Part shown: positions 20,172 through 29,260 of the stretch, piece by piece | How the letters are laid out: each line of letters starts with the position of its first letter | Position numbering within the stretch: the first letter of the stretch is position 1 | Assembly: GCA_032161105.1 (NCBI GenBank) | Contig: JAVHTD010000008.1 | DNA length: 64,000 nt | From: Candidatus Thermosaccharophagus tengchongensis | GTDB lineage: Bacteria > Armatimonadota > Fervidibacteria > Fervidibacterales > Thermosaccharophagaceae | Reading direction: 5' to 3' (one strand) | Position numbers and translations under genes: made by a program | Notes under the pieces: model-generated | Told to the model about the DNA's origin: nothing | What the model saw: only the letters and a program-made list of their open reading frames with translations | Databases searched by the model: none

Positions 20172-20870
20172 TCAGCCTTTTCCCTCAAGCCACTTTACGA
20201 TGGATTGCCAAAGCGTAAGACCGTCAGTGCTCCCGAGGATGGCTTCCGAGCATCTCTCAGGGTGTGGCATCATGCCGAGCACATTCCTTTGCTCATTGCA
20301 TATGCCGGCGATGTTTGCGAGTGAGCCATTTGGGTTAGCCATTGGCGTTACATTTCCATGTTCGTCACAGTATCGGAACACAATTTGCCCATTCGCCTCA
20401 AGCGCTTTGAGCGTCTGCTCGTCGCAGTAATAATTCCCATCGCCATGTGCGACCGGCATGCGCACAATTTGCCCGCGCCGATATAAGTTCGTGAATGGTG
20501 TATCGGTGGTCTCAACCTTGAGGTGAACAAACTTGCACACGAAATGCAGGCTGCGATTTCGCAGCATTGCCCCCGGGAGAAGACCAGCCTCAAGCAAAAT
20601 CTGAAAGCCATTGCAAATGCCTATGACAAGACCGCCTCGCTCGGCGAACTCCGTAACCGCATCCATGACTTTTGAAAACCTCGCAATAGCTCCCGGGCGA
20701 AGATAATCGCCATATGAGAAGCCGCCCGGAAGGATGAGGCAGTCAACATCCTTTAAGTTGGCATCTTCATGCCAGACATACTTAACCGGCTTTCCGAGGA
20801 CATTGCGGATGACATGGTAGCAATCCTGATCGCAGTTTGACCCGGCAAAGACAACGACACCAAAGCGCAT
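20172..20870 (-). CDS. purQ: phosphoribosylformylglycinamidine synthase subunit PurQ
   Basis: [40 protein letters not shown]. Confidence 0.97.
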   Translation of the reverse strand: MRFGVVVFAGSNCDQDCYHVIRNVLGKPVKYVWHEDANLKDVDCLILPGGFSYGDYLRPGAIARFSKVMDAVTEFAERGGLVIGICNGFQILLEAGLLPGAMLRNRSLHFVCKFVHLKVETTDTPFTNLYRRGQIVRMPVAHGDGNYYCDEQTLKALEANGQIVFRYCDEHGNVTPMANPNGSLANIAGICNEQRNVLGMMPHPERCSEAILGSTDGLTLWQSIVKWLEGKG

Positions 20871-20915
20871 CCAATCACCCCTTTAAGGTGGCGAGTTTGC
20901 GCACATCATCCAGCT

Positions 20916-21167
20916 CTAATCGGTGTTCTCCACGAGCACCTCATATTCCTCAGTAACTGGGTTTGCGAGAAGCCTCTCACACATCTCCCTTACCATCGCC
21001 GTCACTTCGCTCCCATCCTCGGAATCAAGCGTCAGCTCAATTAGCTTGCCCACTCTCACATCGGTGACAGAGTTATACCCAAGTTGAAGCAATGCCCTTT
21101 TAATCACAGCCCCTTGAGCATCCATTAATGAAGGCTTGAGCCGTATGAGCACTATCGCTTTCTTCAT
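20916..21167 (-). CDS. purS: phosphoribosylformylglycinamidine synthase subunit PurS
   Basis: LK....D.QG, VRVGK.IE, LLANPV.E.Y; immediately upstream of purQ. Confidence 0.95.
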   Translation of the reverse strand: MKKAIVLIRLKPSLMDAQGAVIKRALLQLGYNSVTDVRVGKLIELTLDSEDGSEVTAMVREMCERLLANPVTEEYEVLVENTD

Positions 21168-21613
21168 GTGAATCACTCCGCCATCAATCTTTGCTCCCGA
21201 AAGTCAACTCCCCGGCGTCTAAGATGCCATTATCCTTGATGCTGCCTTTCCCATTGAGCTCGTGACAGCCCCTTCCATCCCGCCTTAGCGAGGCACTCTT
21301 TAGAGCAGCGCCCTCTCTGCCGTGCACTGGTTGCACCCGCTTTACACCCATTTTGGCGCGCTTGCCGTTGCGGCATCCTTTGATCCCAAACAAAATTTGC
21401 CATCGCAACCGCACCGCATTTGCGCGAGCAATTCTTGAGAGCCATCAAGATCTGTTCACCATGAGAAGCCCAAATATCGCGGACCATTAGCGCAGGCTTG
21501 TGGAGGAGTAAGCCTCACTGCGTCGCAGTAGCATTTGAACCGGCATTGCGTCACACTGATGATGTCAATCAAGCACCCGCGCAAATGCGCGGTTCAAAAG
21601 AGGGGAATGAAGC

Positions 21614-22132
21614 ATGCATCTGATAACACAGGAGCAAGTGGAGCAAGTTTGGAGCGACATGGCAAAGTATGGTGAGCGGGAAGCGGAAGAGCTTGATGCT
21701 CGCGTCACGAGTGCGCAGCCGAATGTCTTGCCCTTCGCCTTCGCCATGTTGGAGGAACTTCCCGAGAGGGCACAGGAGTGGGCTGTGCACCTTTCATATC
21801 TTGTCACTGAGGTCTTTCTGAGGGCGAGCGGTAACGCTTTACCAGTGGTGTCACTTGAAGAATTCTTGGGAGCTTACGAACAAGTTGGCGACAAGCTTTC
21901 CGAACTTGCAGAAGCTGCGCAATCCGCTGAGGAGGGTGCTCCAACCATAACTGTGGATGAGTTGACAGACCAGCCGAATGTGCTCACCACTGTCATTGAG
22001 GTCCTTGAAGCTGGGGAAGAGGAAGGGGCACTCTCCGGTTCGGAAGCATCCACGATATTCTGCCTAATGCTTGCCGTCATAAATGCATACAATGATGCAT
22101 GGGCACGCTCCAGCGGTCATTCACAGGCGTAA
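21614..22132 (+). CDS. hypothetical acidic helical protein
   Basis: RBS AGGGG, host-like codon usage, two QPNVL segments. No family recognised. Confidence 0.65.
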   Translation: MHLITQEQVEQVWSDMAKYGEREAEELDARVTSAQPNVLPFAFAMLEELPERAQEWAVHLSYLVTEVFLRASGNALPVVSLEEFLGAYEQVGDKLSELAEAAQSAEEGAPTITVDELTDQPNVLTTVIEVLEAGEEEGALSGSEASTIFCLMLAVINAYNDAWARSSGHSQA

Positions 22133-22191
22133 ACGGCTTCCACACACTTTGAAGGGAGTCGTCGCTATCCTACCTGTGGGAGCGCTTTTGC

Positions 22192-22704
22192 TCAGAAGTA
22201 TCGCGCTAACAAGCGGCGGCTCCGTGAGTCAAGTGCGTCGCAGTTCGGTATCTCGTATCTCCGTCCATCTTCGTCTATGATGAAGATGCGCGGGTAGCGC
22301 GCTTTGTATATGTTGTCGGTATTCGGTATGTGAAGCTCCATCGCCCCGATATCGGTTTCCACTTCCCAAACCATCCCTCCGGATGCCTTCTCATGCCTTA
22401 TGCGGCGGACTCGCTTTATCTTCGGCATCATGTAGATTCGCTCAAGCTCCTCCCACAGGATTGCCCTTGATGCCGGTTCAATGTTCTGCAAGTCCCTTAT
22501 GATTCCGATCTCCCTTCCATCGGTGTCAAGCACCGAAATGTAATGCGACTTATCCGTTAGCGGTAGCAATCTCACCAGCCTGCCGATCTTCATTCTTTGC
22601 CCATCGCAAATGAGCCACAGCTCATTGTTTTCATCGCGCTCAACTTGCACCTCGCATTCGTCCAACCATCGTATTTCTAAATCCGGTTCAATGTCCCCAT
22701 CCAT
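22192..22704 (-). CDS. DUF1854 domain protein
   Basis: RL.PLT....ISV.D.DG.EIG.I.DL, EEL...Y..P.I, W.VETD.G, D.DG.RY.I. Confidence 0.85.
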   Translation of the reverse strand: MDGDIEPDLEIRWLDECEVQVERDENNELWLICDGQRMKIGRLVRLLPLTDKSHYISVLDTDGREIGIIRDLQNIEPASRAILWEELERIYMMPKIKRVRRIRHEKASGGMVWEVETDIGAMELHIPNTDNIYKARYPRIFIIDEDGRRYEIPNCDALDSRSRRLLARYF

Positions 22705-22766
22705 GCTCTGTCACCCCCACAGCCGCTTCAAAAAGGCATCCGGCAAGGGATTGACTGGAACTCATC

Positions 22767-24629
22767 TCATGCCCTGGATGCGTTTCCATTTGAGCCATCA
22801 TTGCCTTCACGGTTATGAGCGTTGCTTTCATTTGAGCTATCTAAGTCACCGTCACCTTTGCCGTTGCCATTATCGTTAAGCAAGCTGTTGCTTAGCATCG
22901 CCTGTATTTGAACGAGGCGCTTATATATTCCGTCTCGCTGCATCAACTCCTCGTGCGTTCCCATTTCAACCACTCGCCCGCTGTCAAGCACGATTAGCCT
23001 GTCGGCGTTGCGCAGCGTTGAGAGCCTGTGTGCTATGGCGAAAGTTGTCCTGCCTTTGAGCAGCCTCTCAAGCGCCTTTTGGATAGCATATTCGGATTCG
23101 CTATCCACTGAGGATGTGGCTTCGTCAAGGATGAGTATCTTTGGGTCTCTCAGGATAGCCCTCGCAATGGAAATCCTTTGCCTCTCACCACCGGAGAGCT
23201 TTGTTCCGCGCTCACCGACATATGTATCGTATGCGTCTGGAAAGTTCAGGATGAATTGGTGTGCATTGGCAGCCTTAGCTGCTTTTATGATCTCCTCCAT
23301 CGTTGCATTCGGTCGCCCGTATGCTATGTTCTCATAGATTGTCCCATGGAACAGGAATGGTTCTTGCAACACCACTCCCATCTTCTCACGCAATGCTTTC
23401 AAGTCAAGCTGCCTCAGGTCATGCCCATCAATCAGTATTCGCCCTTCCTTCGGGTCGTAGAATCGCGCGACGAGTGCTGTAAGAGTTGTCTTGCCGGCAC
23501 CGCTTCTTCCGACTATGCCTATGGTCTCCCCGGGACGGACTTTCAAGCTAATGTCTCTCAACGCCGGCACCCCATCATCCCGCTTTCCGTTGCCGTTGTA
23601 TGAGAAGCTGACCCTGTCAAACACAACTTCGCCCTTGAGTTCGCTCAACTTTATCGGTTGTGATGGTTGCTCAATTTCCGGCTTCGTATCCAGTATCTCA
23701 AACACCCTCTCCGCAGCTGCGGCAGTCCTTTGCCACACATCGTTCAGGTATGTGAGGTTTTGGACGGGCACATAGAACTGGCGGAGATACATCGTGAACA
23801 TTGTCAGCACGCCGATGGTTATTTGTCCATCAAGGACTTGATTGCCACCAATCCACCAGACAAGCATCAGCCCAAAGGTGGATATAAAGCCCATTGTCGG
23901 GAAGAAGAGTGTTGAGAGCCTTGCAGCATCAAGGTTTGAGCGCACTATCCTCTCGCATCTTCCCCTAAAGCGCTTCACCTCGCGCTCCTCTTGGTTGAAG
24001 CATTGGATGACCTTGATGCCGGAAAGCGTTTCAATGAGGAATGAGTGCATCTCAGCGATGACATTCCATAGCCTGCGATACACGACGATGGCGAGCTCAC
24101 GATAGTATACAGTGAGGATTGCGAGCAGCGGTGCCGGAAGTAATGCTATCAGGGCGAGGTGCACATTTGTCCTGAAGAGCACAATGGCGATCCCTACGAG
24201 GGTTATGAGGTCAATCAGTATGGATGGGACATTGTGGACAATGAATTGCTCAAGTGCAGTCACATCACCAGTTATGCGCGACATGATCTGACCGCTGCGG
24301 CGCGCTTCAAAGAAAGACATGTCAAGGTTTGCCACATGCTCGTAGAGGCGTGTGCGCAGGTCGTAGAGGACTCTTTGACCGAGCCATGCCATCAAATAAT
24401 TCCTAACCATGCTCAAAAGGGTTGAGGCAAGATACACGCCGAGTAGGGCGATGGTCAGCCACAGCAGCAAAACCCTGTTGTGCTTCATGATTGCGTCGTC
24501 AATCAGTATGCGCATGAGCATCGGTGGGACGAGCGAAAGCCAAGTAAGTGTGACAGCCAAGGTCAGTCCAAGGATTGCTTGCCATGCGTATGGTCTGAGG
24601 AAGCTGACCAATCGTCCAATTAGTGACAT
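22767..24629 (-). CDS. ABC exporter, fused permease/ATP-binding protein
   Basis: TM domain, Walker A GRSGAGKT, LSGGERQR, ILDEATS, AHRLST. RBS GGAGG before ATG 24629. Confidence 0.93.
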   Translation of the reverse strand: MSLIGRLVSFLRPYAWQAILGLTLAVTLTWLSLVPPMLMRILIDDAIMKHNRVLLLWLTIALLGVYLASTLLSMVRNYLMAWLGQRVLYDLRTRLYEHVANLDMSFFEARRSGQIMSRITGDVTALEQFIVHNVPSILIDLITLVGIAIVLFRTNVHLALIALLPAPLLAILTVYYRELAIVVYRRLWNVIAEMHSFLIETLSGIKVIQCFNQEEREVKRFRGRCERIVRSNLDAARLSTLFFPTMGFISTFGLMLVWWIGGNQVLDGQITIGVLTMFTMYLRQFYVPVQNLTYLNDVWQRTAAAAERVFEILDTKPEIEQPSQPIKLSELKGEVVFDRVSFSYNGNGKRDDGVPALRDISLKVRPGETIGIVGRSGAGKTTLTALVARFYDPKEGRILIDGHDLRQLDLKALREKMGVVLQEPFLFHGTIYENIAYGRPNATMEEIIKAAKAANAHQFILNFPDAYDTYVGERGTKLSGGERQRISIARAILRDPKILILDEATSSVDSESEYAIQKALERLLKGRTTFAIAHRLSTLRNADRLIVLDSGRVVEMGTHEELMQRDGIYKRLVQIQAMLSNSLLNDNGNGKGDGDLDSSNESNAHNREGNDGSNGNASRA

Positions 24630-24666
24630 CCTCAAGCCGCCTCCAATTTGGTGCTGTGGTGCGGTC

Positions 24667-24714
24667 AAAAATAAACGCCATCCGTGAGAGCGTGTCATAT
24701 GCTCCTCGGATGGC
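24667..24714 (-). terminator. intrinsic-terminator-like hairpin B in the ABC transporter leader
   Basis: GCCATCCG/CGGATGGC stem plus inner GAGC/GCTC, followed on the minus strand by GTTTATTTTT. Confidence 0.6.
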
Positions 24715-24753
24715 TGAAGCACTGCGCCGTCACGGGTCTCTAATTGTGCATGC

Positions 24754-24808
24754 AAAAATAAAATGGGCTTTGACTGGCGTGCACTTACGGCACGCCATCA
24801 AAACCCAT
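24754..24808 (-). terminator. intrinsic-terminator-like hairpin A in the ABC transporter leader
   Basis: ATGGG..TTTGA..TGGCGTGC / GCACGCCA.TCAAA.CCCAT stem, followed on the minus strand by TTTATTTTT. Confidence 0.65.
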
Positions 24809-25145
24809 CACTTTCACAGCCCGTGCGGTTTATCCACTTTCCACCACAGCACCTTTTTAGCTGCTTTGTTGCATATCCCAACTCACCAGCGGGCTTGCCC
24901 TACGACCACCCCATCCTTCAATCTCACCGCAAACTTACACTATCGTGGTGCGTTGCAGTATTTCAGCTGTCCAATGGCAGGTGCCCGCTGTTCAAAAGTC
25001 ATTTTAGCGCGCAATCGGTGAATGTCAAATTTAGCCGCATCAAAATCCGCTGCAAGCGCGTCCCGAAAGGCTTTTGAAGGTGTCATGCGCGGGCGTGTCA
25101 CACCATACTAATTGATGCATCCACTTCCGGCTCGGGAGGTAAGAC

Positions 25146-25805
25146 ATGACCTTGGGTCTTCTTCTGACGGCTTTGTTCATCTCTCTCTGGCATGCAATGA
25201 TGCCGACGCATTGGCTACCATTTGTGCTTGTAGGTAAAGCCCATCATTGGAGCAGGTTAAAGTTGCTCCTTACAACTTTGCTTGCCGGCGCTTGCCACGC
25301 TACAACGATGCTTGCACTCGGGTTGGTTGCGTGGTTCGTTGGGAAGGGAATAGTTGCAATCTTCTCTTCGGTAGCCAAATATGTCGTCGCATCGGTGCTC
25401 CTTCTCGTTGGTGCTGTCTACATAGCGAGCGCATTGCTCTCACCGCCGCACGGCAGCGGTGAATTCATCAACAAGTTCGGTCACATGAGGTGTGGCGAAT
25501 GCCATCCCAATAGCGGGGGAGAAAAAATTGAATGGTTCGCCGTATTGGCATTGATGCTCATGCTCACACTGTCTCCGTGTCAAGCTATACTGCCGCTTTT
25601 CTTTGCGGCTGCTGCAAGCGGTTTTGAATCGCTCACTGCGCTAATGTTGCTTACTGGCACGGTGACGATGCTCGTGATGGCTTCAATGGTCATGTTGGCT
25701 TCGTGTGGACTTAAGTTGCTCAAGTTGCAGGTGAGCGAGCGCATTGAGAGGATGCTGATTGGCTTAGTGTCAATAGCCCTCATTCTATTCGTCTTTCACC
25801 ACTAA
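25146..25805 (+). CDS. integral membrane protein, possible Ni/Co-transporter-related
   Basis: About 6 TM segments, HAMMPTHWLPF and LSPC motifs, His/Cys-containing loop, RBS GGGAGGT. Confidence 0.6.
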   Translation: MTLGLLLTALFISLWHAMMPTHWLPFVLVGKAHHWSRLKLLLTTLLAGACHATTMLALGLVAWFVGKGIVAIFSSVAKYVVASVLLLVGAVYIASALLSPPHGSGEFINKFGHMRCGECHPNSGGEKIEWFAVLALMLMLTLSPCQAILPLFFAAAASGFESLTALMLLTGTVTMLVMASMVMLASCGLKLLKLQVSERIERMLIGLVSIALILFVFHH

Positions 25806-26039
25806 TCCGACGGCAACTTTCGTTGGATTGGGTTGAGGTTACGATTTGACAATGCCTTCCGAAAGCCCAACAGTTGCTTCTGAGTTCAAGTGCGCAGCGC
25901 TTGATGAGGTTATCCTTAATCTGGGGTTGCCGGCGAGCTTCTTGGCGAAAACGAAACTATTGCTCAGGCTGGTGAGTTTGGTCAGCCTTAAAGCTGCCTT
26001 ATGATGCGCTGCTTATCCCGCGTGGTGGTGAGCGTCAGA

Positions 26040-26999
26040 ATGGGCACATTCACATCAGACGGTGTCTTTGGCAAGAGAGCTGCTGAGGTATGGTCAGCGG
26101 TTGACGAATTCGTTGACCACATGCGTTCCCTCAAATCCTCCTCCGTGCATACCTTAAGATGCTACGCAAATGACATCATTCAATTCGCTGCATTCCTTGA
26201 AAGGCTATTTGAGGGTGGCGAGCGGTTCTCGTGGGAAGAAGTCAATGCAACTCACGTAAGGCAGTTCGTGATGGAGTTGACGATGAAAGGCTACTCAAAG
26301 CGCTCAATCGCTCGCAAGCTTTCTTCGCTGCGCGCCTTCTTTCGCTACTTGGTCAGCAGGCGTCGCATAAAGTCAAACCCGGCGGTTTTCATCCGCGCCC
26401 CAAAGCTCCCAATGACGCTCCCAAGAGCGCTCACGGTCGCTGAGGTTGAGGCGTTACTTAAAGCGCCTGATGATAGCAGCCCGATTGGGCTGCGCGATAA
26501 AGCAATTCTTGAGGTGCTCTATTCAACGGGAATGCGCGTCGGTGAACTCGTTCGCCTCAATTGCACCGATGTCAACATGGCGGTTGGGGAGATCATCGTC
26601 ACCGGGAAGGGCGGGAAACAGCGGATAGTGCTCCTCGGTGAGCCAGCGCAAATTGCATTGAGGGAGTATCTTGAAAGGGCGCGCCACAAGTTCGCCACCA
26701 GTCGCAGCGGTGTAAATTCTGAGGCGCTCTTTTTGAGCAGACGCGGCACGAGGCTGACAGAGAGGCAAGTGCACAGGATAGTTGTGAGATATGCGCAACT
26801 CGCCGGATTGGGCGATAAGGTCACACCGCATACGCTGCGCCATTCATTTGCCACACACATGCTTGAGGGCGGTGCAGATTTGCGCGTTGTTCAGGAGCTG
26901 CTTGGGCACGCGTCGCTTATAACGACGCAAATTTATACTCGCACATCAATGGCTCACCTTAAGCGCGTCTATGACATGGCTCATCCAAGAGCAAGGTGA
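26040..26999 (+). CDS. xerC: tyrosine recombinase XerC
   Basis: HTLR.Y..D, RSIARKLSSLRAFF.YL, TGMRVGE, GKGGKQR, HTLRHSFATH, VQELLGH..L.TTQIY, AHPRA. Start uncertain (26001 or 26040). XerC versus XerD is not fully resolved. Confidence 0.85.
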   Translation: MGTFTSDGVFGKRAAEVWSAVDEFVDHMRSLKSSSVHTLRCYANDIIQFAAFLERLFEGGERFSWEEVNATHVRQFVMELTMKGYSKRSIARKLSSLRAFFRYLVSRRRIKSNPAVFIRAPKLPMTLPRALTVAEVEALLKAPDDSSPIGLRDKAILEVLYSTGMRVGELVRLNCTDVNMAVGEIIVTGKGGKQRIVLLGEPAQIALREYLERARHKFATSRSGVNSEALFLSRRGTRLTERQVHRIVVRYAQLAGLGDKVTPHTLRHSFATHMLEGGADLRVVQELLGHASLITTQIYTRTSMAHLKRVYDMAHPRAR

Positions 27000-27109
27000 G
27001 GTAAATGCATGCGCGTGTATTTTGATCAACAGGTTGCATTAAACTCAATGGTGGGTGATGCGCTGTTTTGAAGCGTGATAATGACGGCTGGATAAATTTG
27101 GGGGGCAAA

Positions 27110-27763
27110 ATGCCAATGTCGCAATCCATCATCTCTGAGTTGGCGCAGCGATTGGGAAAAAGCGAGGAGGAAGTTCTCAAGTTTTTTCAACTGCTATGGC
27201 AGGTCATGCCGCCATCCCCTGAAACACAGCCCTATTTTTTCCGTTACCTTGATGAGCGCTTCTTGCGTTTAGAGGACCGTTACACAACGCTGCGACAAGA
27301 AATGCACCAACAGATTGAGGCGCTCAGGAAGGACATGCAGCAGGGCGATGCGGCGCTTCAACAGCAGATTGAATTGCTGCGTGAAGACATGCAGCGCGAA
27401 ATTGGGCTGTTGCGCGAGGACATGCAGCGTGAGGTTGGGCAACTGCGCAAAGATATGCAACAACAGGTTGAGGCACTTAGGAAGGACATGCAGCAGGGTG
27501 ATGCAGTGCTTCAACAGCGGATTGAGTCGCTGCGCGAGGACATGCAGCGTGAGGTTGGGCAACTGCGCAAAGATATGCAACAACAGGTTGAGGCGCTCAG
27601 GAAGGACATGCAGCAGGGTGATGCTATATTGCGCCAAGAAATAGAGGGGTTGTGCAGGCATGTTGAGCGTGTGGAGAAGTGGCTTTTTGCACTTACGGTG
27701 CCAGTGTTAGTTTCAACTCTTGGTATCTTAGCTTTATTCCTTCAAGCCTACTTTAGCCGTTAA
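27110..27763 (+). CDS. coiled-coil repeat protein with C-terminal membrane anchor (DUF1640/CCDC90-like architecture)
   Basis: Repeated LRKDMQQ/LREDMQRE units and a hydrophobic C-terminus WLFALTVPVLVSTLGILALF. Confidence 0.75.
   Translation: MPMSQSIISELAQRLGKSEEEVLKFFQLLWQVMPPSPETQPYFFRYLDERFLRLEDRYTTLRQEMHQQIEALRKDMQQGDAALQQQIELLREDMQREIGLLREDMQREVGQLRKDMQQQVEALRKDMQQGDAVLQQRIESLREDMQREVGQLRKDMQQQVEALRKDMQQGDAILRQEIEGLCRHVERVEKWLFALTVPVLVSTLGILALFLQAYFSR
27310..27625 (+). repeat. intragenic tandem repeat, 33-nt base unit with a 120-nt higher-order period
   Basis: 27421-27480 and 27541-27600 are nearly identical (catgcagcgtgaggttgggcaactgcgcaaagatatgcaacaacaggttgaggc). Confidence 0.9.
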
Positions 27764-27889
27764 AAGAACTTTGTTCATCCGCAGTAGCTCGCAAGCAGGA
27801 TTGGCAAGGAGATGACATTTGATTGGAGCAATCACGGGTGCAACAGCACTTCATCTCACAAATGCTTGTGCAGGGCACGAGAAACGGCT

Positions 27890-29260
27890 TCACTCAATGC
27901 TCGCTGAGGACATCTCGTATTTTCCCTGCACACCCTTTATGAACCTCGTTGGGGCTCGCCTGAATATGCTTCCAAAGTGTGAGGAAAGGCGCTGTGCCTC
28001 CTCGGGATGCTCATCAATCAAGTTGTGCGTCTCCTTCGGGTCTTCAACGAGATTGTAAAGTTCATCTGGTTGACCTTGCGGTCTTTGGACGAAACTCCAA
28101 ACTTCGTCTCTTATGCACCGATCAACGCCCTCATGGTAGCCGCATATTACAGCCTTTCGGTGCTCGTCTGTCTCGCCCCTGAGGACTGGCACGAAGCTTT
28201 TTCCGTGCACAGCAATGTTGTTATTTCCGAAGCCGAGCAACTCAAGTATCGTTGGCATTACATCCGGGAACTGGATAAGAGCCTTCGTTCGTCTGCCACC
28301 ATTCTCACCGCCCGGAAGGCGCACGAGGAATGGCACCTTCAGGAGTTCGCTGTGCATCCTATCGGTGCCCTTCAAAAACTTTCCGTGATCGGCAAGCGGA
28401 TGACCGTGATCGGCAGTCAATATGATGAGCGAGTCATCAAAGTAGCCCAAGTCCTTCATTGCTTCAAACAACGGCTTAAGACAATGATCAACGAATGTCA
28501 CCTCGCCAGCATATAACCCTCGTATAAACCTTATCTGCTCCTCACTTGCCCACTCCTTTGCCCAACCACCCATCGGGAGGATAAGCCTTGGTCCTTTGTA
28601 GCTTGGGTCGGTGTAAGTGTCAAAGCGCTTTGGTGGATCCCAAGGTTCGTGTGGCTCAAATGAATCAATCCAAAGGAAGATGTGCCTGTGAACTCTATTC
28701 CGCTTAAGCCAATCTATGGCTCTGTCAACAACCTTCGCCACAAACCAATCGCTCTCGTCCCTAAAATCATCGGTGTTAGCCAAGAACTGTGCCACCCTCG
28801 CACGCCACTCTGGAGTGTAGTTTTCGTTGACATAGTCATCCACACTTCTTCTCGGCGGTGACGAAAACCAAGGGTCATACTCCTGCCCGCGGATCCATTC
28901 GTATGAATTGAAGCCGCGATGGTAATTCATGTTCGGCGCACGAAAATGGTATGTGTCGCTAATGAGACCGCACACATACCCCTCCTTGCGGAGTATCTCA
29001 GCGAGGGTAATGTCATAAGGTGTCAGAGGCATCCAGCCACGAAATGGCAGTGAGAAGTGCCCCGTCATGAGTTCGTATCGCACAGGCATTGTTGGCAAGC
29101 CACTTGGATATGCATTTTCAAAGATGATGCACTCGCTTGCGAACTCATCAATGTTGGGCGTCTTGCAAGCAGGCACATCGTCAAAGATTGGTTGTCCACG
29201 GTTGTAGATGCTAACATGATCTTGGCGCAGACTGTCAAGCATGATGAAGATCAAGTTCAT
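27890..29260 (-). CDS. sulfatase-like hydrolase (alkaline phosphatase superfamily)
   Basis: IMLDSLRQD, PTMPVR..LMTG, PHEPWDPP, TADHG, DELYNL..DP.E. RBS GGAGGTGG. Confidence 0.88.
   Translation of the reverse strand: MNLIFIMLDSLRQDHVSIYNRGQPIFDDVPACKTPNIDEFASECIIFENAYPSGLPTMPVRYELMTGHFSLPFRGWMPLTPYDITLAEILRKEGYVCGLISDTYHFRAPNMNYHRGFNSYEWIRGQEYDPWFSSPPRRSVDDYVNENYTPEWRARVAQFLANTDDFRDESDWFVAKVVDRAIDWLKRNRVHRHIFLWIDSFEPHEPWDPPKRFDTYTDPSYKGPRLILPMGGWAKEWASEEQIRFIRGLYAGEVTFVDHCLKPLFEAMKDLGYFDDSLIILTADHGHPLADHGKFLKGTDRMHSELLKVPFLVRLPGGENGGRRTKALIQFPDVMPTILELLGFGNNNIAVHGKSFVPVLRGETDEHRKAVICGYHEGVDRCIRDEVWSFVQRPQGQPDELYNLVEDPKETHNLIDEHPEEAQRLSSHFGSIFRRAPTRFIKGVQGKYEMSSASIE

Noticed and set aside
21184..21487. 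Short minus-strand ORFs or a purine-related riboswitch upstream of purS
   Set aside because: No protein-like motifs or good RBS, and no purine, ZTP or PRPP aptamer consensus recognised by eye.
27269..27661. Alternative-frame Cys-rich and antisense repeat ORFs
   Set aside because: These are shadows of the coiled-coil tandem repeat.
26001..27763. Integrase marking a mobile element
   Set aside because: The protein has a housekeeping XerC/D-type sequence (ending AHPRA) and host-like composition; no att repeats or mobile cargo were seen.
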